Source of the DNA: an uncultured delta proteobacterium
GTDB lineage: Bacteria > Myxococcota_A > Polyangia > Fen-1088
DNA length: 64,000 nucleotides
Assembly: GCA_963796685.1 (NCBI GenBank)
Contig: CAWCMR010000025.1
Location: forward strand, 192,001 to 256,000
Direction of reading: 5' to 3'
Part shown: one piece after another, positions 39,998 to 49,576 of the stretch
Layout: every line of letters begins with the position of its first letter
Numbering within the stretch: the stretch's first letter is position 1
The notes under the pieces: model-generated
Told to the model about the DNA's origin: nothing
Seen by the model: the letters and a program-made list of their open reading frames with translations, nothing else
Database searches by the model: none
Program-made: the position numbers and the translations under genes

Positions 39998-41797
39998 GTG
40001 CCCGCGCCAACGAACATCGCCCCTTCCGCCAGCCCCCGTTTGCTGGGCGCCATCGGCGTGGGCCTCGCGGCCTTCGTGGCCTATGTCCTTTGCGCCACGC
40101 CGGCCGCCTACCCGCTCGATTCGGCCGAGCTGGCCACCGCGGCCTTCGGCCTGGGCGTCGCCCACCCACCCGGCGAGGAGATCAGCCTGCTTGGGGCCAA
40201 GCTGTTCACCTTTCTGCCCCTCGGCAGTGTCGCCTTCAAAGTGGCCCTGTCCCAGGCCGCGGCCGGCGCGCTGGCGGCGGTGCTCGTCTTCCTGCTCGTG
40301 CTCGAAGCGTCGGAGACCCTGAGCTTTCTGACCGAAGCCATCGGCGAGAAGACGCGCGTCGTGGTGGCCGCGGCCACGGCCCTCGCCTTCGCCTATGCCC
40401 CGGGCGTCGTCATCGTGAGCGATCGCCCCGAGGTCTACGCGGTGCAAACCGCGCTGTCGCTGGGTGCCTTGTGGCTGGCCTTAAGGGCCCGCGCGAGCGG
40501 CGACCCGCGGCCGGCGTTCGTGGCTGCTCTTCTGATTGGGCTCGGCGTGGGCAACCACTCGCTGGTCGCGGGCCTGGTCGGCGTTGGCGCCGTGGCCGCC
40601 GCGTTGCCCTTGCTCGCGCGGTCCAGCTCGCGTACCCGACTGCTGGCGCTTTCTCTCGCCGGTTTCACGGTTGGGCTCGTCGTGCACGCCTATCTTCCCT
40701 TGCGCGCGGGCGCCCTGTTCGCATCGGCGGATCGTGGCCTGGACAACGTCGTGTGGGGGGACGCCCGCACCTGGCATGGATTCTGGTGGGTGGCGTCCGC
40801 GCGAACCTTCGCCGAAAAGACCGCGGTCGTGCACGGCAACGCCTCGCCCTGGGATCTCCCCTTTCTGCCCATCGAGGAGCTGGGAATGCTCTTCGCGCTC
40901 CTGGCCCCGGCGGGCGCGTATTTTCTGCTGCGCCGGGCGGCCTCGCGCGTGGTCGGCGTGGCGCTCCTGCTCGGCGCTGCGGGCTCGATGGCGGCGGGGC
41001 TCGTGGGCGGGCTGGACCCGACCAATCCCGATATTCGCGGCTACCTCGGGCCTGCCATGGCTCTCATCGCAGTCCTTTCCGGCGTCGCCATCGGTGTCGG
41101 AGCCGCCTTCTTTCGCGCACGCCGGCTGCGCGCCATCCTGATGCTCGTCTTTCTGGCGGGAGCGCTTTCGCGATTCCCCTCGCCGGCGCGGTATCCGGGA
41201 CTTCGCGACGCGCGCGCCGCCGACTTCGAGGCCCGTGCCATGCTCGACGATCTGCCTCCGCGCGCGGCTGCGTTCACCTACCATTTCGAGACCGGCTTTC
41301 TCATCGGCTATGAGCGATTCGTCGAGGGCGCACGGCCCGATGTCGCGTGGACGCACTTGGCCTTCGTGGCCGGCCCGGGCTACGCCGGGCGCGTGGTCGC
41401 GGCCCGGCCCGAGCTCGGCCCCGTCATCGACGCGGCCCTTCGCCACACCGGACTGGCCGAGCAACTGACCAAGCTCGACGAAACACGCCCCGTGCGCATC
41501 GAGCCCGACGCCGTCACGCCGCCCGAGATCCGGCGAATGCTCGGGCCCGCTGGCGAGTGGTGGACGCTGGCGAAGGACACCTCGCCCGCGGCAATGGCGC
41601 GCTTGCCGGCTTGGGTGCTGGCCGAGTCCGCGTACGATCCGCAAGTGCGCGGCTACCTGGCCTGGCGCAACTACATCGACGCGGTCTGGTCGTGCGAGCT
41701 GGGCTTCGCCGAGCGCGCAAGAGAGCGCTTCGCCGAGCTGGAACGGCTGGTTCCAGGCGACACGCGTTTCCGCGCCTTGCGTGCCACGTGCCATTGA
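39998..41797 (+). CDS. DUF2723/TMEM260-like GT-C membrane glycosyltransferase
   Basis: DSAELATAAFGLGVAHPPG, PEVYA, GNH, YLPLRA and WGD motifs; multiple TM helices. Confidence 0.85.
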   Translation: MPAPTNIAPSASPRLLGAIGVGLAAFVAYVLCATPAAYPLDSAELATAAFGLGVAHPPGEEISLLGAKLFTFLPLGSVAFKVALSQAAAGALAAVLVFLLVLEASETLSFLTEAIGEKTRVVVAAATALAFAYAPGVVIVSDRPEVYAVQTALSLGALWLALRARASGDPRPAFVAALLIGLGVGNHSLVAGLVGVGAVAAALPLLARSSSRTRLLALSLAGFTVGLVVHAYLPLRAGALFASADRGLDNVVWGDARTWHGFWWVASARTFAEKTAVVHGNASPWDLPFLPIEELGMLFALLAPAGAYFLLRRAASRVVGVALLLGAAGSMAAGLVGGLDPTNPDIRGYLGPAMALIAVLSGVAIGVGAAFFRARRLRAILMLVFLAGALSRFPSPARYPGLRDARAADFEARAMLDDLPPRAAAFTYHFETGFLIGYERFVEGARPDVAWTHLAFVAGPGYAGRVVAARPELGPVIDAALRHTGLAEQLTKLDETRPVRIEPDAVTPPEIRRMLGPAGEWWTLAKDTSPAAMARLPAWVLAESAYDPQVRGYLAWRNYIDAVWSCELGFAERARERFAELERLVPGDTRFRALRATCH

Positions 41798-41948
41798 AAT
41801 GGAAACCCTGAGAGGGTTTCCATACCTTCCCGCGCTCTGGCTCCGCCGGCAAAGCCCGGCTTCGCCTACGGTTGAAATGGAAACCCTGAGAGGGTTTCCA
41901 TACCTTCCCGCGCTCTGGCTCCGCCGGCAAAGCCCGGCTTCGCCTACG
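41794..41948 (+). repeat. Two identical tandem palindromic REP-like units (78-bp period)
   Basis: Units at 41794 and 41872, each with the hairpin ATGGAAACCCT-gag-AGGGTTTCCAT. Confidence 0.95.
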
Positions 41949-41953
41949 CGTTC

Positions 41954-42318
41954 ATGGGAACCCTAGCCTGAAACACCTCGCCCCGCGTAGCGAAGCGAAG
42001 CGGGCGAGGGCGCGGCGAAGCCGCGGGGGCAGGGGCAGGGTGTGTAGGACCCGAAGTGCCCGCAAGGCTGAGAGGTCGCCGAGCGCAGCGAGGCGGGTGG
42101 GCATCGGTCTGTCGTGCCGTTGAATCTCGTCGTGCTCCTTCGCCTTTGGGGGCGAGCGTAGCCCAGCTTTGCTGGGCGAAGCGAGGGGGGACCGGGGGAC
42201 TGCGAGCGAGAGCGAGCCAGTCCCCCGTAAGATACAAGGGGCTGTCACGTTCCATGCCTGAAGGATCCGGGCCTTCGACCCGGCGGCGCTACTGGAAGGG
42301 TTTCCATACCTTTCCGCG
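41954..42318 (+). repeat. Composite MITE/REP-like element bounded by the same inverted repeat
   Basis: Starts ATGGGAACCCT and ends AGGGTTTCCATACCTTTCCGCG; internal blocks are shared with 49451-49567. Confidence 0.7.
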
Positions 42319-42527
42319 ATGGTTCGCGCCGAGCAAAGCTCAGCCGCTCCCCACGCGACTGATATGGAAACACGGGCGCTGGCCGCCAACGAGATCGCCG
42401 CTCTTATTGCCCAGAAGTGGGCGGCGAACGCCGACGAAAGTTGCGCACCGATCATCGGGTAACGCTCGGCGGCCCTTCCGTGTTAGCCTTGGGGTAGTTT
42501 CGCTTCGACCGTGAGCTTGCCTCGATC

Positions 42528-43232
42528 ATGCCCGCCGACATCGTCTTCCGAGTCGATCTACCGCACGGACGGTGCGTGGGCGTTCGCGTTCCTGGTCCGA
42601 ACGAGCGGGTTGCGCCGTTCCTTCTTCCGAGCGAAGAGCTCGCGTTTCTCGAAACCCTGGGCCCGGCGCGCCGGCCGACCTGGCTCGCCGGACGCGTGGC
42701 CTTGCGCGCGGCCCTGCAAGACATCGGCGTCGAGAGCGGCCCCATTCTGGCCACCCAGCGCGGCGCCCCCGAATTGCCGCCGGGAGTGACCGGTTCGATC
42801 AGTCACAAGCATACCTTGGCGGTCGCCCTGGCTGCGCGCAAACAGGATGGCCTCTCTCTGGGCGTCGACATCGAACCGATTCCCGTGCTGCCGATTTCAC
42901 TGAGCGAGCCCGCCTGGAACAATCGGCCGGATATCAGCAGCCGGGTCATGACCCCCGAGGAGCTCGCCGTCTTGTCCACCCTGCCGGACGGATTGCGCCG
43001 GCGTGAAATCGTTCTGCACTTCTCCATCAAAGAAGCACTCTACAAGGCCATCAATCCCATCATCGGACGCTACGTCTCCTTCCAGGAAGCCACGGTGCTG
43101 CCCGCCAGCGACGGCAGCGTCGTCGTGAATCTGGCTCTCGCCAAGCAAGAAGGCCCCTTTGCCGTGGAGGCCCGCTGGTCCGAGATCGACGGCCACCTGT
43201 TGACCACGGCGGCGGTGCGGAGCTTGGTCTAG
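42528..43232 (+). CDS. 4'-phosphopantetheinyl transferase (EntD/Sfp-like)
   Basis: GAPELPPGVTGSISHK, LGVDIE and FSIKEALYKA motifs. Confidence 0.9.
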   Translation: MPADIVFRVDLPHGRCVGVRVPGPNERVAPFLLPSEELAFLETLGPARRPTWLAGRVALRAALQDIGVESGPILATQRGAPELPPGVTGSISHKHTLAVALAARKQDGLSLGVDIEPIPVLPISLSEPAWNNRPDISSRVMTPEELAVLSTLPDGLRRREIVLHFSIKEALYKAINPIIGRYVSFQEATVLPASDGSVVVNLALAKQEGPFAVEARWSEIDGHLLTTAAVRSLV

Positions 43233-43245
43233 ACTCTAGATCTAA

Positions 43246-44466
43246 GTGTATCCAAACGCCACCACGACCGAGGCAGCCGCACGGTCCCCATCCCAAGGTC
43301 AGGCGGGCATTCGCCGATATCGCGGCTTCGATGGTCTGCGCGGAATCGCCATCTTGCTGGTCATCGTTTACCACGGGATCATTGTCAGCTCATTTCCCAT
43401 TTCTGCCCTGGGTTTACTCCGCCCCTTGTTCTTGGTCGGGTGGACCGGCGTGGATCTCTTCTTCTCGCTGAGCGGGTTTCTCATTACCTCTCTGCTCCTG
43501 CGCGAAGAAAATCGCGCCCTCCTCGCCGGCCACCCAGCGCACTTCAGCATCTGGCGTTTCTACCTTCGCCGCGTCTTTCGCATCTTGCCCGCGTTCTATG
43601 CGGTGTTCTTGCTTGACGCCTTCGTCTTTTCACGGTCGCACCTGTTCGCCTCGGCGTTCGTCGACGACATCAGGGCATCGCCGCTTGGTCTTCTTCCCTA
43701 TGGCACCTTCTGGACCAACTACCTCGTGGCATACGGCTCCCGCTGGTGGGGACCCGCCATGCATCGTCCAGGAGGCGCCTTCGAGGTATTTTGGTCCCTC
43801 TGCGTGGAGGAGCACTTCTATCTCCTCTGGCCGCTCTTTCTATTGCTGGTCAAGAACACTCGCGCACGCGTGACCGTTTCCATCGTCCTAGGTGTCGTGC
43901 TGGCTGGGCTGCGCCACGCCGCAATCTCCCTGGCTTGGGAGCCACCACTCGCCGTTCACTACGCCTCCCACTACCGCCTCGACAGCATCCTGTGGGGCGC
44001 CGTAGCGGCCATCCTTGCGGGGCAGATTCCCTGGTCCCCACGCTTGCGCCGGTGCTTGCTCGGGCTGGGCTTGGCGCTCCTGTTCGCCCTGGTGATGACC
44101 GACACGATGTCCGTGCTCCCCGTCGGTAGACCCTTGGGGTTCTCGGTGGGCTACTCCCTCTTGGCGCTCACTACGTCGGTCGTTCTCTTGGAGCTCGTGG
44201 ACAGGCCGAACACGTGGCTAACCTCGCTCTTGGAATTCCGGCCCTTGGCGGCCGTGGGAAAGGTTTCGTTCGGCATGTACCTACTCCACTTCCCCATGAT
44301 TGACCTGGGCATGGCCGTTCTGGCGCAAGCATCCATGCGGCCCACCCTCCTCAACCTAGGGAGCGCCGTCGTGCTCTTCGTGACCCTTTCCTTCGTCGCC
44401 GCATGGATCCTCTACCAGACCGTCGAGAAGAGGTTTCTGGCCATCAAAGATCGGTACTTTGGCTAG
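43246..44466 (+). CDS. Acyltransferase family 3 (OafA-like) membrane O-acyltransferase
   Basis: DGLRGIAILLVIVYH, GVDLFFSLSGFLIT, FYLRRVFRILP, WSLCVEEHFY and SFGMYLLH. Confidence 0.92.
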   Translation: MYPNATTTEAAARSPSQGQAGIRRYRGFDGLRGIAILLVIVYHGIIVSSFPISALGLLRPLFLVGWTGVDLFFSLSGFLITSLLLREENRALLAGHPAHFSIWRFYLRRVFRILPAFYAVFLLDAFVFSRSHLFASAFVDDIRASPLGLLPYGTFWTNYLVAYGSRWWGPAMHRPGGAFEVFWSLCVEEHFYLLWPLFLLLVKNTRARVTVSIVLGVVLAGLRHAAISLAWEPPLAVHYASHYRLDSILWGAVAAILAGQIPWSPRLRRCLLGLGLALLFALVMTDTMSVLPVGRPLGFSVGYSLLALTTSVVLLELVDRPNTWLTSLLEFRPLAAVGKVSFGMYLLHFPMIDLGMAVLAQASMRPTLLNLGSAVVLFVTLSFVAAWILYQTVEKRFLAIKDRYFG

Positions 44467-45899
44467 CCGAGCAGCTTGCGCAAGATCTCGTTCACCGTCT
44501 TGGGGTTGGCCTTGCCGCCGGTTTCTTTCATGACGTTGCCCACGAAGAACCCCATGAGCTTGGCGTTGCCGCCGCGGAAACGCGCGACCTCGTCGGGGCT
44601 GCGCTCGACCACGCGCTTGCAGGCGCCCTCGATGGCGGACATATCGGACATCAGGCTCACCGATTCGGCGGCCACGATGTCGGCCGCGCGCCGTCTTTCC
44701 TGCCACATGCGCGCGAAGACGTCCTTGCCCAGCTTGCCTGAAAGCGTCCCCTTTTCCACCAGGGCGACCAATTCGGCAAGCGCCGCGGGCGGCACGGGAA
44801 CCGATTCGGCCATAAGCCCGCGCACATCGTCGACGCGCCCCAAGACCTCGTTGATGAGCCAGTTGGCGATCTTCTTCGCGTGCAAAGGCGCTGCGGCCAA
44901 GGCGGCGTCGAAGTAGTCGCCGATGGGCCGCTCGGATACCAGCACCGACGCATCCTGCGCCGAAAGGCCGAGGCCGAGGTAGCGGGCGTGGCGCGCCTCG
45001 GGCAACTCGGGCAGCGCCTGGCGGGCGCGCACAAGCCACGCCTCGTCCACCACCACGGGCGGCAGATCGGGCTCGGGGAAATAGCGGTAGTCGTGCGCCT
45101 GCTCCTTCGAGCGCATGGAGGCCGAGATGCCGCGGTCGGGATCCCACAGCCGGGTCTCCTGCGCCACCTTCTCGCCGCGATCGAGTAGCACGGTTTGGCG
45201 CGCGATCTCGTGCTCGATGGCGTCGCGCACGTTCTTGAACGAGTTGATGTTCTTGAGCTCGGCCTTGGTGCCGAGCTTGCTTTCACCGCGTGGCCGAATC
45301 GAAACGTTGGCGTCGCAGCGAAGCGAGCCTTCCTCCATGTTGCCGTCGCTGATGCCGAGGTAGCGCACCAAAGTGCGGATGGCGCGCACGTATTCCGCGG
45401 CCTCGTCGGCCGAGCGGATGTCGGGCTCGCTCACGATCTCGCACAGGGGAACGCCGGCCCGGTTGTAGTCGACAAAGCTGACCCCGCTCGGGTCGTGGAT
45501 GTTCTTGCCCGCGTCGTCTTCCATGTGGATGCGCGTGAGCCGGATCTGTCTGACCTCGCCGTTCAGCCGAAACGTGACGACGCCGCCGTCGCACAGGGGC
45601 TCGTCGTATTGCGAGATCTGAAATCCCTTGGGCAGGTCGGGGTAGAAGTAGTGCTTGCGCGCGAAGCGGCAGCGCGGCCGGATGTGCGAGCCGACAGCCA
45701 AGCCCAGGCGCACCGCCGCGTCGACGGCCGCACGATTCAGGACCGGCAGCGCGCCGGGCAGCCCGAGACACACCGGATCGGTGTGCGCGTTGGGCTCGGC
45801 GCCGAAGGCAGCCGACGAGATGGAAAAGATCTTGGTGCGCGTGGCGAGCTGGACGTGAACCTCCAGCCCGATGACCGCTTCGTAGCTTTCCCTGCTCAT
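44463..45899 (-). CDS. gatB: Asp/Glu-tRNA amidotransferase subunit B
   Basis: [34 protein letters not shown] and YRYFPEPDL; ATG overlaps the gatA stop. Confidence 0.98.
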   Translation of the reverse strand: MSRESYEAVIGLEVHVQLATRTKIFSISSAAFGAEPNAHTDPVCLGLPGALPVLNRAAVDAAVRLGLAVGSHIRPRCRFARKHYFYPDLPKGFQISQYDEPLCDGGVVTFRLNGEVRQIRLTRIHMEDDAGKNIHDPSGVSFVDYNRAGVPLCEIVSEPDIRSADEAAEYVRAIRTLVRYLGISDGNMEEGSLRCDANVSIRPRGESKLGTKAELKNINSFKNVRDAIEHEIARQTVLLDRGEKVAQETRLWDPDRGISASMRSKEQAHDYRYFPEPDLPPVVVDEAWLVRARQALPELPEARHARYLGLGLSAQDASVLVSERPIGDYFDAALAAAPLHAKKIANWLINEVLGRVDDVRGLMAESVPVPPAALAELVALVEKGTLSGKLGKDVFARMWQERRRAADIVAAESVSLMSDMSAIEGACKRVVERSPDEVARFRGGNAKLMGFFVGNVMKETGGKANPKTVNEILRKLLG

Positions 45900-47368
45900 G
45901 ACTTGTCCTCGGGCAAACGCTTGTGCCAGTCGGTGCGCGCCTCGTAGGCGCCCGCGACGCGGAACACGGCTTCCTCGCCAAGAGGCGGCCCGATGGTTTG
46001 CAACCCGATGGGCAGCCCGGAGCGCGAGAAGCCGCAGCACTGCGAGAGCGCCGGCACGCCGGCCAGCGGCGGCGCCACGGTGTAGATGTCGGCCAGGTAC
46101 ATTTGCAAGGGATCCGCCGCGCGCTCGCCGATCTTGAAGGCGGGCGTGGGCGAAGTCGGCGTGACCAGCACGTCGCACTGGCCGAACGCCGCGTTGAAGT
46201 CGTCGGCGATCAGGCGGCGCACGCGCAAGGCCTTGCCGTAGTATGCCTCGTAGTAGCCGGCGCGCAGAACGTACGTGCCGAGAATGATGCGACGTTTGGG
46301 TTCGTCGCCGAATCCCTCGCCGCGCGTCTTGGCGTACAGCTCTTCCAGCGATCCGGCATCCGCCGTGCGGTGTCCGTAGCGAACGCCATCGTAGCGCGCC
46401 AGGTTCGACGACGCCTCGGCGGTGCAGATCAGGTAGTACGTCGCAATCGCGTACTGCGTGTGCGGCAGCGATACCGGCACCAGCGTGGCACCCGCCCGGG
46501 CCAGCTCGTCGAGCGCGGCGCGTACGGCGCCCTCGACCTCGGGATCCATGCCGGCCTGGAAATACTCCTTGGGCACGCCCACGCGCATGCCAGCGAGACC
46601 GGCCTTGCTGGCCGCCCGGTAGCGTCCCGCGGGCTCCGGGATCGATGTGCTGTCCATGGGATCGTGGCCCGCGATCACCTCCAACAAGGCGGCAGCGTCC
46701 TCGACCGTGCGACCGAAGGGCCCAGGGTGATCCAGCGACGAGGCGAAGGCGATCACGCCGTAGCGCGAGACCCGGCCGTAGGTCGGTTTCACCCCGACTA
46801 CGCCGCACAGGGAGGCCGGCTGACGAATCGAGCCGCCGGTGTCGGTGCCGAGCGTCCCCGCGCACAGCGAGGCTGCGACCGCCGCCGCCGAACCACCCGA
46901 CGAGCCGCCCGGCACGCGTTCCAGATCCCAGGGATTGTGCACGGGATGAAACGCGCTGTTCTCGTTGGACGAGCCCATGGCGAATTCGTCCATGTTGAGC
47001 TTGCCCAGGCTGATGGCGCCGGCCGCGGCCAGGCGCGCCGAGGCCGTGGACTCGTAGGGTGGGATGAAACCCTTCAAGATTTTCGACCCCGCCGTGGTTT
47101 CGATCCCGCGCGTGACGAAGATATCCTTGAGCCCGATGGGCACCCCTGCGAGCGGTCCCACGGACTCGCCTGCGGCGATCTTCTTGTCGATGGCGTCCGC
47201 AGCCCGGCGTGCGCCATCGCCATCGACGAGCAGAAAGCTGCCAAGCTTCTCGTCCAGCCGGGCGATCCGGTCCAGGTACGCCTCCACCAGGTCGCGCGCC
47301 TTCCAGGCTCGCGCCGCCACGCCCGCGGCCAGGGCGGCAAGCGTCGCCCCTCGAACATCGGGGGCCAC
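45896..47368 (-). CDS. gatA: Glu-tRNA amidotransferase subunit A
   Basis: [37 protein letters not shown] and SSNLARYDG amidase motifs. Confidence 0.98.
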   Translation of the reverse strand: MAPDVRGATLAALAAGVAARAWKARDLVEAYLDRIARLDEKLGSFLLVDGDGARRAADAIDKKIAAGESVGPLAGVPIGLKDIFVTRGIETTAGSKILKGFIPPYESTASARLAAAGAISLGKLNMDEFAMGSSNENSAFHPVHNPWDLERVPGGSSGGSAAAVAASLCAGTLGTDTGGSIRQPASLCGVVGVKPTYGRVSRYGVIAFASSLDHPGPFGRTVEDAAALLEVIAGHDPMDSTSIPEPAGRYRAASKAGLAGMRVGVPKEYFQAGMDPEVEGAVRAALDELARAGATLVPVSLPHTQYAIATYYLICTAEASSNLARYDGVRYGHRTADAGSLEELYAKTRGEGFGDEPKRRIILGTYVLRAGYYEAYYGKALRVRRLIADDFNAAFGQCDVLVTPTSPTPAFKIGERAADPLQMYLADIYTVAPPLAGVPALSQCCGFSRSGLPIGLQTIGPPLGEEAVFRVAGAYEARTDWHKRLPEDKS

Positions 47369-47370
47369 GA

Positions 47371-47676
47371 CTACGCGCCTCCCGTGCCGGGCACGATGCG
47401 CGGGACCTCGAACGAGCCTTCACGCCGGCGCGGCGCATTTTGCAGGGCCTCATCCACGGTCAAGGACTGTCCGGGCTCGTCCGCCCGCATCGGGCAATCG
47501 AATGGCACGGCGTGGGTCATGGGCACGGCGTCGCCCGTGGCCAGGCCCTTGACCGTTTCGATGTAGCCGAGTATGCCGTCGAGCTCGTGGGTCATGCGTT
47601 CGACCTCCGCCTCGTCCAGGCGAAGGCGAGCCAGGGCCGCGATTTCGCGAACCTCCTCAAAATTGATTCTTGGCAT
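47371..47676 (-). CDS. gatC: Amidotransferase subunit C
   Basis: [11 protein letters not shown]...LQNAP...FEVPRIV; first gene of gatCAB. Confidence 0.95.
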   Translation of the reverse strand: MPRINFEEVREIAALARLRLDEAEVERMTHELDGILGYIETVKGLATGDAVPMTHAVPFDCPMRADEPGQSLTVDEALQNAPRRREGSFEVPRIVPGTGGA

Positions 47677-47835
47677 TTCGTCGTCTTTCTACCATCTTTC
47701 ACACGCTTTCAAGGTGCCGCGGCCGCACTAGCGTAACGCGGCGAATCTGCATATAATCTTTGGCTGCCGGAAAATCTGATGTCCTCCTTCGCCCCCAAGC
47801 GTCGCCTTTTCCACCTTTCTTGCCGCCCCGTCGGG

Positions 47836-48710
47836 ATGCGGGGGATGCTCGTGGCGCTTCTGCTTTCGGCGGGCCTGGCCTGCGAAAGTGGCTCCCGCGG
47901 CCGGGACGCCGCGCCCACCACCATCCAGCACCTGTCGCAGGTCTCGGTCCGGCTCGAATCTGCCGAACGGCGGCGCCCCGTCGGTGTCCGTGCTCGCTTT
48001 CCAGGCCGAAGCCATCGACATGTCCGCGTCCGATGTCCTCGGCGCCGTGGATCCTTTGGTTTCGCCACCCCCGGAATCGGCTTGCGAGCTGCGCGACGTG
48101 GCGGGAGTCGCACGCATGGTGCGGGACCAGGGTGGCACCCTGAATCTGGAAGAGCTCGGCGGGGTCTCCCTGCAGGTGCCCCAAACGGAGCAAGGGACGG
48201 AAGAACAACCGCTTCGTCCCGCGCCCCGCGTTTATCCACCGCTCGCGGATGTGGTCAGCGGCGTGATCGCCGAGGCAGGACCGCTCGAATCTCGGCCAGA
48301 TTCCCGAGACCCTGACGCTCATGGTTCCGACCAACGGGGACGAGCACGCCACCCTCAAGATGACGTTGCCGCGCGTACCCTCGGTCTTGGACAGCAGCGA
48401 GACTCCTCTCGATACGCGCGCGACCATGAGCATGAAGGGCGACCTCGTGCTGCGCGTTTCCGGCCCGCCAAGGACCTTCCTCGAAATTCGGCCCTTCGGT
48501 GCCCCCTCTGCCATTGCCTGTGCCGCGACTTCGAGCGGTTGGGTCGTTGTTCCGCACGACCTATTGGCCAAGCTCGTCGCCACGGCCGGGCGCGCCCCGG
48601 TTTCGTTCGAAGCCGTGTGGCGCGAGAGCCGGTTGGTGCAGGCCGGGAGCGAGTCGACCCGCGTCTCGTTCGAAGCCCGCTCGTCCGCGGTGCTGGAACT
48701 GCGTCCGTGA
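47836..48710 (+). pseudogene. Hypothetical lipoprotein with two +1 frameshifts (47957-8 and 48288-9; possibly artefacts)
   Basis: Lipobox GLAC; removing one A at each GAATC gives a continuous ORF (RLDLPNGGAP..., GPLDLGQIPETL...) whose stop overlaps the PilZ start. Confidence 0.7.
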
Positions 48711-49078
48711 GTCAGACCCCGCGGCCGCGCAACGCGCGCCGGTTCGACCGGAAAAGCGCGCTCGTGCCCGTGGTGGTCCGTGCCGAGGGAAACAAGATCC
48801 AAGCCGGCGTGCGACTCGATACCACCGATCTTTCCGAGGGGGGCCTGTTCTTGCGTTCCGATCTCCTTTTCGAGGTTGGCGAGGATTTGACCCTGGAGAT
48901 CCCAATCGGCGATGGCAAGGTCACCGTGGCGCGCGGCCGGGTCGCATGGGTCACCCGCGGAAACGGAAAGAAGGCCGCGGCCGGCATGGGCATCGAATTC
49001 GCTCGCCTGTCGGCGCACGACCGCCGCGCCTTGGCCGACAACCTGCGCGCACTGGCCAAGTCCGATCCCGACCCATAG
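48707..49078 (+). CDS. PilZ-domain c-di-GMP receptor
   Basis: RRFDR (RxxxR) and DLSEGG (DxSxxG) motifs; GRVAW and GMGIEF; GTGA overlap. Confidence 0.9.
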   Translation: MSQTPRPRNARRFDRKSALVPVVVRAEGNKIQAGVRLDTTDLSEGGLFLRSDLLFEVGEDLTLEIPIGDGKVTVARGRVAWVTRGNGKKAAAGMGIEFARLSAHDRRALADNLRALAKSDPDP

Positions 49079-49101
49079 CGTCCCAGCAGAAGGAGCCCGA
49101 C

Positions 49102-49449
49102 ATGGCAGAGACCATCGACGAACTGACGTACGACTACGAGGACGAGGGTGTGCTGGTGCGCAAGCAACTCGACAAGGTCGTGCTGACCAAGGGCTCCTGG
49201 TCGACCCTGATGTTCCTTTACCAGGAGCTCGACAAGACCGCAGGCACGTTTCGGGCACCCAAGATCGCCATCGTGCGCTTCAAGAAGTTCAAGGGCAGCT
49301 ACCGCAAGCAGTCCTCCTTCAATGTTTCGAGCGAGAAGCAGGCCCGCCAGATCACCGAAGTCTTCGAACGTTGGTACGCGAAGATGGGCGAAGCCTCCGA
49401 GCCAGCGGAAGCGGACGACCTGCCCGAGAGCAGCGACGGCGAGATGTAA
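49102..49449 (+). CDS. Conserved hypothetical protein (acidic N-terminus, basic core)
   Basis: AAGGAG RBS; MAETIDELTYDYEDEG..KVVLTKGSW..RFKKFKGSYRKQSSFNVSS. Confidence 0.8.
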   Translation: MAETIDELTYDYEDEGVLVRKQLDKVVLTKGSWSTLMFLYQELDKTAGTFRAPKIAIVRFKKFKGSYRKQSSFNVSSEKQARQITEVFERWYAKMGEASEPAEADDLPESSDGEM

Positions 49450-49450
49450 T

Positions 49451-49567
49451 ATGGGAACCCTGACCTGAAACACCTCGCCCCGCGTGGCGGGGATAGGTCG
49501 CCGAGCGCAGCGAGGCGGGTGAGGGGCAGTCACGTTTCTTGCCTGAAGGATCCGAGCCTTCGGCCCG
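49451..49567 (+). repeat. Short copy of the dispersed REP/MITE-like element
   Basis: ATGGGAACCCT..CCTGAAACACCTCGCCCCGCGT..AGGTCGCCGAGCGCAGCGAGGCGGGTG..GTCACGTT..TGCCTGAAGGATCCG.GCCTTCG, matching 41954-42282; lies between convergent genes. Confidence 0.85.
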
Positions 49568-49576
49568 TGTCCCCTA

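Noticed and set aside
41794-41948. Possible CRISPR array
   Set aside because: The two units are identical along their whole length, so there are no unique spacers; no cas genes in the window
44463-47453. 996-aa extended GatB ORF
   Set aside because: The N-terminal half is an alternative frame overlapping gatA; real GatB starts at 45899 ([13 protein letters not shown])
47888-49078. 396-aa PilZ fusion ORF
   Set aside because: Chimera created by frameshifts in the upstream lipoprotein; PilZ has its own GTG start at 48707
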